Shown here in pieces: positions 48,949 to 57,774 of a stretch of DNA of 64,000 nucleotides. Each line of letters starts with the position of its first letter. Position 1 is the first letter of the stretch. The DNA is from Dehalococcoidia bacterium. Its GTDB lineage: Bacteria; Chloroflexota; Dehalococcoidia; GIF9; UBA5629. Location: NCBI GenBank assembly GCA_050011565.1, contig JBEKIW010000001.1, positions 384,001-448,000 of the forward strand. Direction: 5' to 3'. Below the pieces are notes generated by a model that was given only the letters and a program-made list of their open reading frames with translations, had not been told where the DNA came from and did not search any database. The position numbers and the translations under genes were made by a program.

Positions 48949-49869
48949 TCATTTGACAGCCAGCGTGCTTCTCAATAAGATCCCATTGGCCCAATACAGG
49001 CCTGTCAGGCCATCAGGCAGAAAATCGTATGTCGCATCGCCATGGTAGGTCACATACTCCGCCGTGATCACCAAAGCGCCATCCAGGATGGCGCCCGTCT
49101 GGTAATCGCCCAGCGCCCGTCCCTGAGCTGATGGGTGGCCCGGCGAAGCGGACACGGTGCGCCCGTCGCTCAGACTGATCCTTAACATCTGGAAGGATGG
49201 CGGAACAGGGGTCACTACGGTTTCCAGCACCGCGGTCGGAACACGTTCTCCGGAATTGTCCACTGTCCATACAGTTGTCCCCTTGTGCAGCCGTTCTACC
49301 GGCAGCGGCCCACCCGGTGTATCTATGAGAGTACCCACTGCCAGGCAAATCGGACGCGTGTTGAAGCTTGGTTCCCGTTTCAGTACGGTAATCTTACCGG
49401 ACGGCGTGATGGTCCCCTCGATGCGCTCCCCCTGGGTTTCTCCCACTCGCATAACGAAGTGGTAAACATCTCCTGAAGCGGCGATCTCTACCGCGAGGGT
49501 GAGTTTCTTGTGCTCCCGGTAGATGAGCAGTTTCTCCTCGTTGGTGTACTCGGCTTGATTCGGCAAGCCGAGGTGTTTCAGGATCGCAGAGAACTCGGTG
49601 CCATTTGATTTGATGATGGGGAATTGTTGCAGGGCGTTCTTTTCTTCTTGTCCCTCTCGCGCAACCGGATAGAAATCCGGGTCGACGTAAAAAACGTCAT
49701 CGAAATTAGCGATCAGAAGGTATTTTAGCTCGGGCAGCGAGTAGGTGACTGTCGGCGTTGGAGCCGGCGCGGATTGTTGCGCGCAGGCGCCGGAGAACAT
49801 GGTCAATATGCTTAAGAGTGCGATACCAATGAATAATCCCGATTTAACCATAACCCATTTCCCAAACAT
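48949..49869 (-). CDS. Secreted/lipoprotein with C-terminal Hint domain
   Basis: Signal peptide ending SGAC; CLAVGTLIDTPGG, SASPGHP, TYDF..YWANGIL. Confidence 0.82.
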   Translation of the reverse strand: MFGKWVMVKSGLFIGIALLSILTMFSGACAQQSAPAPTPTVTYSLPELKYLLIANFDDVFYVDPDFYPVAREGQEEKNALQQFPIIKSNGTEFSAILKHLGLPNQAEYTNEEKLLIYREHKKLTLAVEIAASGDVYHFVMRVGETQGERIEGTITPSGKITVLKREPSFNTRPICLAVGTLIDTPGGPLPVERLHKGTTVWTVDNSGERVPTAVLETVVTPVPPSFQMLRISLSDGRTVSASPGHPSAQGRALGDYQTGAILDGALVITAEYVTYHGDATYDFLPDGLTGLYWANGILLRSTLAVK

Positions 49870-50115
49870 AATACCCTGTGCTGCTCAAGCATAGTGCCGG
49901 TTAGGAAATATGTCAATGGTTTCTTCCATGCTGAAAAGCTACGCAACGTGAGTTACCCATTATTCGAAAACGTACTATAATCTAATCGTGATCCGCCGTG
50001 GGGGGTAGGTGCAAGAACTGATAGCGATTTATTGTATCCCCACACGGTTTACTGCAGCATGATTGGTTAATTCACTTTGAAGATGCTAATTTTAAATAGT
50101 GAATTGTTGATTGGA

Positions 50116-50664
50116 CTAGGCTTTTTTTGTTAAGGCATCCAGAGCTGCCCGTGCCACTAGAGGGACTTGTAACGATTGCCCCGTGTCCTCAAGTGCTAGT
50201 AAGACCGGCCTCAGTACAGTGCCAAGATTCCCCCTGTTCATATCGTGTAGTACATGATGGATACCCTCACATAGCCAGGATGAATTCGAATTCTTGACTA
50301 ATGCCTCTAGTAGCGGGACTATCGCCTTGCGTCCTATCCGAATTAATCCCTCAGCAGCCAACCAACGAACATCAAACATCTTATCTTCTAAGGCTTTTAG
50401 CAGCGCTTGGATTGAGGAAGGACTGCCGATCTGGCTCAGGGATTTAGCTGCTTCCCACCGTACCCAGCAGTTCTCATTCGACAGTGCTTTTATCAACGGA
50501 GCTATGGAACTCCCCCGGTAATCAACAAGCCGCTGACGTGCCTTCACACGTACTATCCCATCTTCACTCGCAAGATCGGCGATTAATGATGAGATAGTTG
50601 CTTTGGAGGCCTTGCTATTCGTGACTAAATTGGTCTTTGATGGATTATTATGTTTCTTGGTCAT
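50116..50664 (-). CDS. HEAT/PBS-lyase repeat protein
   Basis: Repeats VRWEAAKSLSQIG, VRWLAAEGLIRIG. Confidence 0.85.
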   Translation of the reverse strand: MTKKHNNPSKTNLVTNSKASKATISSLIADLASEDGIVRVKARQRLVDYRGSSIAPLIKALSNENCWVRWEAAKSLSQIGSPSSIQALLKALEDKMFDVRWLAAEGLIRIGRKAIVPLLEALVKNSNSSWLCEGIHHVLHDMNRGNLGTVLRPVLLALEDTGQSLQVPLVARAALDALTKKA

Positions 50665-51022
50665 AATTTTAGCTTACCTACTTGACATTATACATACTTG
50701 AAATAAATGCCACAATTAGAATGATTCCGATCATAGTTTCAAGGTGTTCCATTTTGTGGTTGATACCAAAAAGGCCTGAAGAGTAGCATTATTGGATGGC
50801 ATTATACATGTCAACCGCATCATAAAATCACTGCAGCTTAACAATAACTATTTATACCTTTCATCTCCAATCAAACACTTCAAAATAGTCTATTTCATCA
50901 ATCGACCACTGGGGAAACCGCCAAATATCATAAGTATTTAATATATCCCACCCCGATTATATAACTATTATATGTTTATGCTGCTATTATTTATCCTATA
51001 GTAATTATAGGAGGTAAATAGC

Positions 51023-51199
51023 ATGGGAGTAAGAGTTCAACTCGAATTATCAGACGAAGAGGACAGGATTGTGGAGGTTTACAGAATCGAACACAAGAAG
51101 AAAAACAACGAGGATGCTATCAAAGAAATTATAAGGCATTACAAGGGCCTAGAGGAGCACAAGGAAAAAAATAAAACGAGTTGGCTGAAAAATTTATAG
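51023..51199 (+). CDS. 58-aa ribbon-helix-helix-like protein (not in ORF track)
   Basis: AGGAGGT RBS; MGVRVQLELSDEEDRIVEVYRIEHKKKNNEDAIKEIIRHY. Confidence 0.65.
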   Translation: MGVRVQLELSDEEDRIVEVYRIEHKKKNNEDAIKEIIRHYKGLEEHKEKNKTSWLKNL

Positions 51200-51281
51200 T
51201 GAAATAAAAGCCATAAATGAAGACCAGGCCATCTAACAACGATTTCAACTTAAAAGTTTATTTATTAGAAAGGAGGACACC

Positions 51282-51440
51282 GTGAATATCTTATTAATTA
51301 TCGGCATTATTCTCTTAGTTTTGTGGTTGCTAGGTTTGTTGGCTCTCCCCTCTTTGGGCGGGCTGATCTATATAGCACTTGTTATTGGAATTATTCTCAT
51401 CATTATCTGGCTGCTACGAAGGGTATTTAGGCTTTTTTAA
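51282..51440 (+). CDS. 52-aa membrane protein, lmo0937/DUF5670-like (copy 2, not in ORF track)
   Basis: AGGAGG RBS, GTG start; near-identical to 44716-44874. Confidence 0.75.
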   Translation: MNILLIIGIILLVLWLLGLLALPSLGGLIYIALVIGIILIIIWLLRRVFRLF

Positions 51441-51709
51441 ACATATGTTATTTATATTAATCTATGCCTAAAACTAAGGTATGAGTTTCAAATATCTGAT
51501 GCAAAGATGAAATCAAGGTGTTTGTTATTAAACACAAGTTCGGTATCCTTCCAATGGCGGTTGCCGGATTGGATTTGAACCAAAGTCTTTTTTATCGATG
51601 CTATACCCAGTAGAGCCTAAGTTCATCGCTTAGAGTGTGAGAGAATTAGCTGTTGTAAGTCCGGGATAAGTGGTTTCTTATGAAATAACAGTTCTGAATG
51701 TGTAAAGAC

Positions 51710-51783
51710 TGGCTGCCGAGCCAGGATTCGAACCTGGGCTAGAGGATCCAAAGTCCCCTGTGCTACCACTACACAACTCGGCA
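51710..51783 (-). tRNA. tRNA-Gln(TTG)
   Basis: TGCCGAG...CTCGGCAGCCA; anticodon loop CT-TTG-GA. Confidence 0.95.
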
Positions 51784-51793
51784 GTTTTTAGTA

Positions 51794-51881
51794 TGGTGCC
51801 GAAGGTCGGATTCGAACCGACACGAGAGTTGCCCCTCAACAGTTTTTGAGACTGCCGCGTCTACCATTCCGCCACTTCGGC
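51794..51881 (-). tRNA. tRNA-Leu(CAA)
   Basis: GCCGAAG...CTTCGGCACCA; anticodon CAA; long variable arm. Confidence 0.95.
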
Positions 51882-51999
51882 TGGTAATGCACACTAGCTG
51901 CGCCGAAATTCTACCATTGTTATTTGGGCTACGCAATAAAGGCTGCAGGTATGTTGCCGTATAGGAGAGACGTTTAGGTAGGCTGAATCGTCCAGGCTG

Positions 52000-52269
52000 C
52001 TATTCGAAGTAGGTGGGTTTTACCTTAGGTTGCCCTTTGCCCCTCTTCCAGGTTTCTGTGTAGACTTTCTGCCGGTCGGCGGTAAGGTCTTTTACTGAGG
52101 CGGAGACGTCAGCCGCCTTATCCTTTACCATGTCCCTTGTTTCTTTTCCGGAGCGAGGCGCAAAAAGAAACCCGAGAGCTGCACCAACGGCTATCCCCAG
52201 GATAAGCCCGATACCGAATCCAGGCCCTGAATTTTTGTCACTCATTTTCCCGTCTGTTTCTTTAGCCAA
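52000..52269 (-). CDS. YtxH-domain protein
   Basis: GLILGIAVGAALGFLFAPRSGKETR. Confidence 0.85.
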   Translation of the reverse strand: MAKETDGKMSDKNSGPGFGIGLILGIAVGAALGFLFAPRSGKETRDMVKDKAADVSASVKDLTADRQKVYTETWKRGKGQPKVKPTYFE

Positions 52270-52425
52270 CAGTCTGCTCCCAAATGCTTAGATATCAACC
52301 CTAATTATATTATATCAGATAATAAAAGACACGTATGCAAAAGGGCTGGATTGCTCTGGAGATTTTTGGTTCGCATATGGTAGAATGAATTAACCTAGTG
52401 TAGCGAGGTATTTTCCCACTCAGAC

Positions 52426-53052
52426 ATGAACGCGGCATTAAGCGTACTTAGCATAATAATTGCCTATCTTCTGGGCTCTATTCCTTTTGCCTACATTATT
52501 GGTAAGCTGAGCGGTCTTGACGTTCGCCAGGTCGGCGACAAAAATGTAGGAACCTTCAATGTGTTCCGTCATGCCGGGATGGGCGCCGGTATAGCTACGC
52601 TGGTAGCTGAAGTGGGGAAAGGGGCGCTGGCTATCGTCGCGGCGAAGCTGTTTTCCGTCAATGAACTGGTGGTGTTCGGTGCCGGTGTGGCGGCTGTTAT
52701 CGGCCATAACTGGCCCGTGTTTTTGCATTTCCGGGGTGGTCGAGGCCTGGCGGTAGTAATAGGTGCTCTACTGGCTTTGTTGCCTATCGAGATGCTAATC
52801 GCTGCCGCCATAAGTCTTTTGGTGCTTTATGCCACGCGAAACACCATCTGGTTCGGGGTAGCCATGTTTATCCCCCTGGTATTGCTTTGCGTGCTTTTCA
52901 AAGAGCGCATATCCTTGATAATCTACTCAGTGGTTCTGCCCTGTTTGGCCGGTCTTGCCCACGTGTGGACAACGCATCGCCTGTCACCTGAAGAGCAAAA
53001 GGAAGCGGTTTCGTTCTGGGTAGCGCGCAAGGCAAGCCACGGGAAAAAGTGA
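52426..53052 (+). CDS. plsY: Glycerol-3-phosphate acyltransferase PlsY family
   Basis: YLLGSIP, NVGTFNVFR, GHNWPVFLHFRGGRG. Confidence 0.85.
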   Translation: MNAALSVLSIIIAYLLGSIPFAYIIGKLSGLDVRQVGDKNVGTFNVFRHAGMGAGIATLVAEVGKGALAIVAAKLFSVNELVVFGAGVAAVIGHNWPVFLHFRGGRGLAVVIGALLALLPIEMLIAAAISLLVLYATRNTIWFGVAMFIPLVLLCVLFKERISLIIYSVVLPCLAGLAHVWTTHRLSPEEQKEAVSFWVARKASHGKK

Positions 53053-53079
53053 GCTCTGACTTATTTATTCGGGATTGAA

Positions 53080-53153
<74 letters not shown>

Positions 53154-53214
53154 GCGCCGACATTTTAGATTTTTCCCCTGTAGGTGTCAAGATAATGGCT
53201 ATCAGGTTTTATAT

Positions 53215-53775
53215 CTAGCCGCCGAGTCTGACCAGAGGTATGCCGGCGGCGCATAGAGGGCATTCGTTTGGGCGATAAGTCACCGTTTGTGAACGGAGAC
53301 AACTGAAAAGAGGCACTCCGAAGTCCTTCGTTTGCTCGGAACGGTCGACAAGCACGCCGATACCGACGATATCTCCCTTCAGCTTTTTGACGGCTTCGAT
53401 GACTTCGATGATAGAGCCGCCGGTAGTTAAAATATCGTCCACGATTAAGACGCGTTCACCCGGATTGATGGTGAAGCCGCGTCGAAAAATCCGCGCCTCA
53501 CCTTCTTTCTCGGCAAAGATGCCCTTTATGCCTAACTGCCTGGCGACTTCGAAAGCCACGATGATGCCGCCTGTGGTCGGTCCGGCAACCACCTGGACTT
53601 TGTCTTTCTTGAAGTGTTTGGCAATAAGCCGGCATAGCCTTTCAGTGTAATGCGGGTATTGTAAAACCTGGAACTTTTCCCAGTATACCGGTGAGTGTAG
53701 TCCTGAAGTCAGCAGAAAATGCCCTTCCAATATGGCGCCGGCATCTCTGAAGATTTGTATTATCTCGTCGGACAT
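53215..53775 (-). CDS. pyrE: Orotate phosphoribosyltransferase
   Basis: GHFLLTSGLHS, VDDILTTGGS, CPLC tail; start moved to MSDEII. Confidence 0.93.
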   Translation of the reverse strand: MSDEIIQIFRDAGAILEGHFLLTSGLHSPVYWEKFQVLQYPHYTERLCRLIAKHFKKDKVQVVAGPTTGGIIVAFEVARQLGIKGIFAEKEGEARIFRRGFTINPGERVLIVDDILTTGGSIIEVIEAVKKLKGDIVGIGVLVDRSEQTKDFGVPLFSCLRSQTVTYRPNECPLCAAGIPLVRLGG

Positions 53776-54341
53776 AGCGTTTTCAGCGCCAGAGTGAGTA
53801 TGTTGAGGTCGGCTGTTTGCGTACCTACATTGACTGCATAGCTCGGTATTCGCCTCCATTTATATGGTGGCCAATAGGTAATCCAGGCTTTACCAACTAT
53901 GTTTTGGCGAGGTACGGTCCAGCCCCGGTGTGAATCGGAGCTGTTGTTGCGGTTGTCACCGAGTACAAAATAGTGACCTGCGGGGATTTCCTCAGGCATC
54001 ATGAGGTAGTGAGGCGGCTCGAGAGTATAAGGTTCGGCCAAAGTAGTGCCGTTTACGGTAACTTTATCGTCCCTGATTTCAACGGTATCGCCTGGTAAAC
54101 CGATGATTCGCTTGATGAGGTCTGACCTGGGGTCCTGCGGAGAGTCGAAGACAATTATGTCACCGCGGTGCGGCTCGCCGAAGAAATAGGCAGCTTTGCT
54201 GACCATGATATATTCGCCCTCTTCGATAGTGGGCAACATCGATGAGCCATATACTTTGAAGCTTCCGACGGTGACATGAAACAGGGCGAAGACAGCGATC
54301 CCAAGTAGTACCGGGGCAATGATATCACGGAAAATTTTCAT
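53760..54341 (-). CDS. lepB: Signal peptidase I
   Basis: GSSMLPT, LIKRIIGLPGD, GDNRNNSSDS. Confidence 0.95.
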   Translation of the reverse strand: MKIFRDIIAPVLLGIAVFALFHVTVGSFKVYGSSMLPTIEEGEYIMVSKAAYFFGEPHRGDIIVFDSPQDPRSDLIKRIIGLPGDTVEIRDDKVTVNGTTLAEPYTLEPPHYLMMPEEIPAGHYFVLGDNRNNSSDSHRGWTVPRQNIVGKAWITYWPPYKWRRIPSYAVNVGTQTADLNILTLALKTLCPTR

Positions 54342-54507
54342 AGATTCTTGCGGTTAAACTGGTGGTATTATAATCTATTCGTAGCTTTTCTGCCATTTTA
54401 GCTAAACCTGAAATCAGGTTTAGCGTTATATGTAGTGGTAACCAACACTACATGCTATTATAATAGAAGAGGCGGAAAACACAGCTAAGGAATTTCAGGA
54501 GGTTTTA

Positions 54508-55293
54508 ATGAAGAAGCGTTGGTTAATTTTATCAGTTGTCATGTTGGCGGTGATTTTGATTGGTGCGGGAGGCTGCGTATACGGCGAAGGCGCCCAGGTT
54601 TCACCACCCTCAATCGCGGGCTATGTAGGCGCACCGGTAATAGCTTCCAGCCAGCAGCAAGTTGGCTTGTGGGTAAGCGGTGAAGGTAAGTCGAAGGCAG
54701 CGCCCGATTTAGTGCTGCTCAGCCTTGGTATTGAAGCTGAATCCAAAACCGTGGCACGGGCACAGCAGGACGCAGCCCAGGCTATGGATGCGATTATGAA
54801 GGCACTTAAGGCTAGCGGGGTGGCTGACAAGGACATTCAAACGCAGAGATTTAGCATCTATCCGGTGCGGCAATGGATTGAGGACCAGCAGAGGGAGATA
54901 ACCACCGGCTATCGAGTGACCAATGTGGTAATTGCTAAAATAAGGCAAGTAGATAAAGCCGGACCTGTTATCGATGCTGTTGCTGAAGCCGGCGGTAATT
55001 TGACACGGATTGATAATATCGGTTTCACTATCGATGACCCGACGCCTAACTACAATGAGGCGCGAGCCAAGGCGGTAGAGGATGCTATGGACAAGGCGAA
55101 ACAGATGGCCGGCTCAGCCGGTATTAAGCTGGGAAAGCTGATATATATGTCTGAAAGCACTCCGTATGTACCGCAGGTGGCAATCAGAGACTATGCCATG
55201 AAGGCTGAAGCCGCCGCTCCAGCGCCCACTCCAATCAGTCCCGGCGAGCTGGAGATTCAAGTCAGCGTGCAGATGGTTTATGAGATTCAGTAG
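54508..55293 (+). CDS. SIMPL/DUF541 domain protein
   Basis: VSGEGKSKAAPD, DIQTQ, GYRVTN, PISPGE. Confidence 0.9.
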   Translation: MKKRWLILSVVMLAVILIGAGGCVYGEGAQVSPPSIAGYVGAPVIASSQQQVGLWVSGEGKSKAAPDLVLLSLGIEAESKTVARAQQDAAQAMDAIMKALKASGVADKDIQTQRFSIYPVRQWIEDQQREITTGYRVTNVVIAKIRQVDKAGPVIDAVAEAGGNLTRIDNIGFTIDDPTPNYNEARAKAVEDAMDKAKQMAGSAGIKLGKLIYMSESTPYVPQVAIRDYAMKAEAAAPAPTPISPGELEIQVSVQMVYEIQ

Positions 55294-55443
55294 CAGGTTA
55301 ATAAGCAGTTAGCATTGATTGGCGCGGAGAGTGCTTTATAAATTGAGATCGTTTGCAGTTCGAATGGACTTGACACAGCAGTTTAGGGGGCATATTATAG
55401 CGATAATAGGGTTCATAATAAACAATGAGCCGGAGGTTGTGTT

Positions 55444-55767
55444 ATGAAAGATGAGACTTGGGCACCGAGGCCTTATGCTAACGAGGAATTCCTCTCTTTC
55501 GATCGCCTGAAGCGGGCAGTTACCAGCCGCGTTCTAGATCGAGCTGAGCGTGTGATGGGTGAAGAATTCCCATTGAGTCCGGAGCGCATAGGTGAACTGA
55601 CCAGTGAGGAATGGCAGCGAGCTAAGGAAGCACTACAAAGTTCTCCCGGCGCTCGTGAAGCGTTCCGCAAATATCTAGAGGGCACGGTTGGCGGCAAGGT
55701 AGACAACCTGATAAAGGCTGATAAGGACTATCTGTCCGCTATGGGAGTGGCTGAGAAGAGCTTGTGA
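55444..55767 (+). CDS. Hypothetical protein
   Basis: GGAGG RBS, upstream TTGACA promoter, 107-aa ORF. Confidence 0.7.
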   Translation: MKDETWAPRPYANEEFLSFDRLKRAVTSRVLDRAERVMGEEFPLSPERIGELTSEEWQRAKEALQSSPGAREAFRKYLEGTVGGKVDNLIKADKDYLSAMGVAEKSL

Positions 55768-55851
55768 GGGGCATGGCAAGCAAGCTGACTTTATATCGAG
55801 GAGAGGATTTCCAAGAACCTCTCCTCTTTTGTTTTCATATTGGAGGATAGG

Positions 55852-56076
55852 ATGCCTGAAAAGACTGAAAAGAAAAGCACAGCTGTGGACCTGGAGCATA
55901 CAAAAAAACGCCTGGAGATGTTAGATAAGCGGCTGGATAACATCGATTCCGTGGTTACAGCTTTGGTGGAGAGGGTAATGAGGCAGCCGGTTACTATTGA
56001 GGTCACCTGTCCTAAGTGCGGTAGTGTTGTCCAGATTATGCTCACCAGCAACACAAAGACCACCGGCAAGGGTTAA
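55852..56076 (+). CDS. Small coiled-coil protein with CxxC knuckle
   Basis: GGAGG RBS; LEMLDKRLDNID..TCPKCG. Confidence 0.7.
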   Translation: MPEKTEKKSTAVDLEHTKKRLEMLDKRLDNIDSVVTALVERVMRQPVTIEVTCPKCGSVVQIMLTSNTKTTGKG

Positions 56077-56138
56077 TCTATTTTACATTCGGAATCGTGC
56101 CGGGTAGACTTCGTATCGGTTCTTCCGTTAAAAGTTAG

Positions 56139-57476
56139 CTACAGAATCGGCAGGTAATTCTTCAGTTCGTAATCAGTTACGTATGTCCGGTATCTATCCC
56201 ATTCCACCTTTTTATTCTGGATGAAGCTATTTAAGGCGTGTTCACCTAGAGCTTTCCTGACCAGTTGGCTCTTTTCGGTGAGCTGTATAGCTTCGTATAA
56301 ACTGCCGGGCAACGTTTTTATCTTCTTTTTGTCGCGGTCTTCCTCGCTGAGTTCAAAGACGTTCTCCTCGGTAGGCGGCCCCAGCTTGTATCCCTTCTCA
56401 ACTCCTTCCAGCCCGGCAGCCAGCATGGCGCTGAAGGCAAGATATGGATTACATGCCGGGTCCGGAGACCTGAGTTCTATCCTGGTGGCGGTTTCTCTTC
56501 CCGGCTTATATTCAGGAATCCTGATTAAATCGGCCCGGTTTCTTTTAGCCCAGGTGATGTAACAGGGGGCTTCATAGCCGGGGACGATTCGCTTGTAGGA
56601 GTTTATCCACTGGTTGCAGATTGAGGTGATTTCCGGGATATGTTTCAGCAAGCCGGCGGTGAAACCCCTGCCTGTTTCCGACAGGTAGTAGGGAGCATCC
56701 TTGTCAAAAAAGGCATTACGGTTGCCTTTGAACAAGGACATGTGAACGTGCATGCCGCTGCCATTACAGCCGATTACCGGTTTAGGCATAAAGGTAGCAT
56801 AAACACCTTGTCGTTGGGCTACCTGTTTTACTACTAAGCGATAGGTCATCACATTGTCGGCCATAGTCAAGGCGTCGGTGTATCGGAGGTCTATTTCATG
56901 CTGGCTGGGCGCAACTTCATGGTGGCTGTACTCGACATCGATGCCCATTTCTTCGAGGAAGAGAATCGTTTCTCTACGTATGTCTGAGGCTATCTCCGGG
57001 GGTGTCAGGTCAAAATAGCCGCCCAGGTCCAAAAATTCTGTACTCTCGGAATTCTTGAAGTAGAAATATTCCAGCTCCGGCCCAACATAGAAGGTGTAGC
57101 CCAGGTCAGCAGCCCGTTTCAGGTTTTTCTTCAATATATAGCGGGGGTCGCCTTCAAAAGGTTGTCCGCCGGGCCAGTATATATCGCAGAACATCCTGAC
57201 CACACCCTGCTCTTTGGGTCGCCAGGGTATCACCTGGTAAGTATTGGGGTCGGGCAGCGCAATCATATCGCTTTCGTCAATGCGGGCAAAGCCCTGAATC
57301 GAAGAGCCGTCGAAGCCCATACCGTCTGTTAATGCCTCTTCGAGTTGCTCGGCGGTGATGGAAAAACTTTTCAGAAAGCCCAGAATATCGGTGAACCATA
57401 GACGGATAAACTTAATTTTTTGCTCTTTAGTCCTTTTAAGGACATATTCCTTGGCCTCGTCTTCCTTTTTACCCAT
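56139..57476 (-). CDS. glnA: Glutamine synthetase type I
   Basis: FDGSSI, HHEVAPSQHE, FMPKP, NGSGMH, RIELRSPDP. Confidence 0.96.
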   Translation of the reverse strand: MGKKEDEAKEYVLKRTKEQKIKFIRLWFTDILGFLKSFSITAEQLEEALTDGMGFDGSSIQGFARIDESDMIALPDPNTYQVIPWRPKEQGVVRMFCDIYWPGGQPFEGDPRYILKKNLKRAADLGYTFYVGPELEYFYFKNSESTEFLDLGGYFDLTPPEIASDIRRETILFLEEMGIDVEYSHHEVAPSQHEIDLRYTDALTMADNVMTYRLVVKQVAQRQGVYATFMPKPVIGCNGSGMHVHMSLFKGNRNAFFDKDAPYYLSETGRGFTAGLLKHIPEITSICNQWINSYKRIVPGYEAPCYITWAKRNRADLIRIPEYKPGRETATRIELRSPDPACNPYLAFSAMLAAGLEGVEKGYKLGPPTEENVFELSEEDRDKKKIKTLPGSLYEAIQLTEKSQLVRKALGEHALNSFIQNKKVEWDRYRTYVTDYELKNYLPIL

Positions 57477-57616
57477 TTATATTTCCCTCCAATCAAATAG
57501 TTCCAGATTATCTTTATTATTTCTGCTTTGTGAAAGTATAGATGAGACCAGCTCTTTATTCAAGATGGATGAGGCTTGACTGCATATAAAAGCGTTGATA
57601 AAATGCGAGCAGTGGA

Positions 57617-57692
57617 GGGCGGTTAGCTCAGTGGTTAGAGCGCTGCGTTGACATCGCAGAGGTCACCGGTTCAAGTCCAGTACCGCCCACCA
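57617..57692 (+). tRNA. tRNA-Val(GAC)
   Basis: GGGCGGT...ACCGCCCACCA; anticodon loop TT-GAC-AT; TTGACT-17-TAAAAT upstream. Confidence 0.96.
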
Positions 57693-57774
57693 TGTACGCA
57701 GTTTACATAAAGTTGATCCGCACCTCATCGAGCTGGTAGAATTACTTTTAGGCCCTGAAGGGCGGAGGCGGCTG

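Noticed and set aside
50665-50920. Short minus-strand coding-like fragments
   Set aside because: Interrupted by stops and not assignable from the sequence alone
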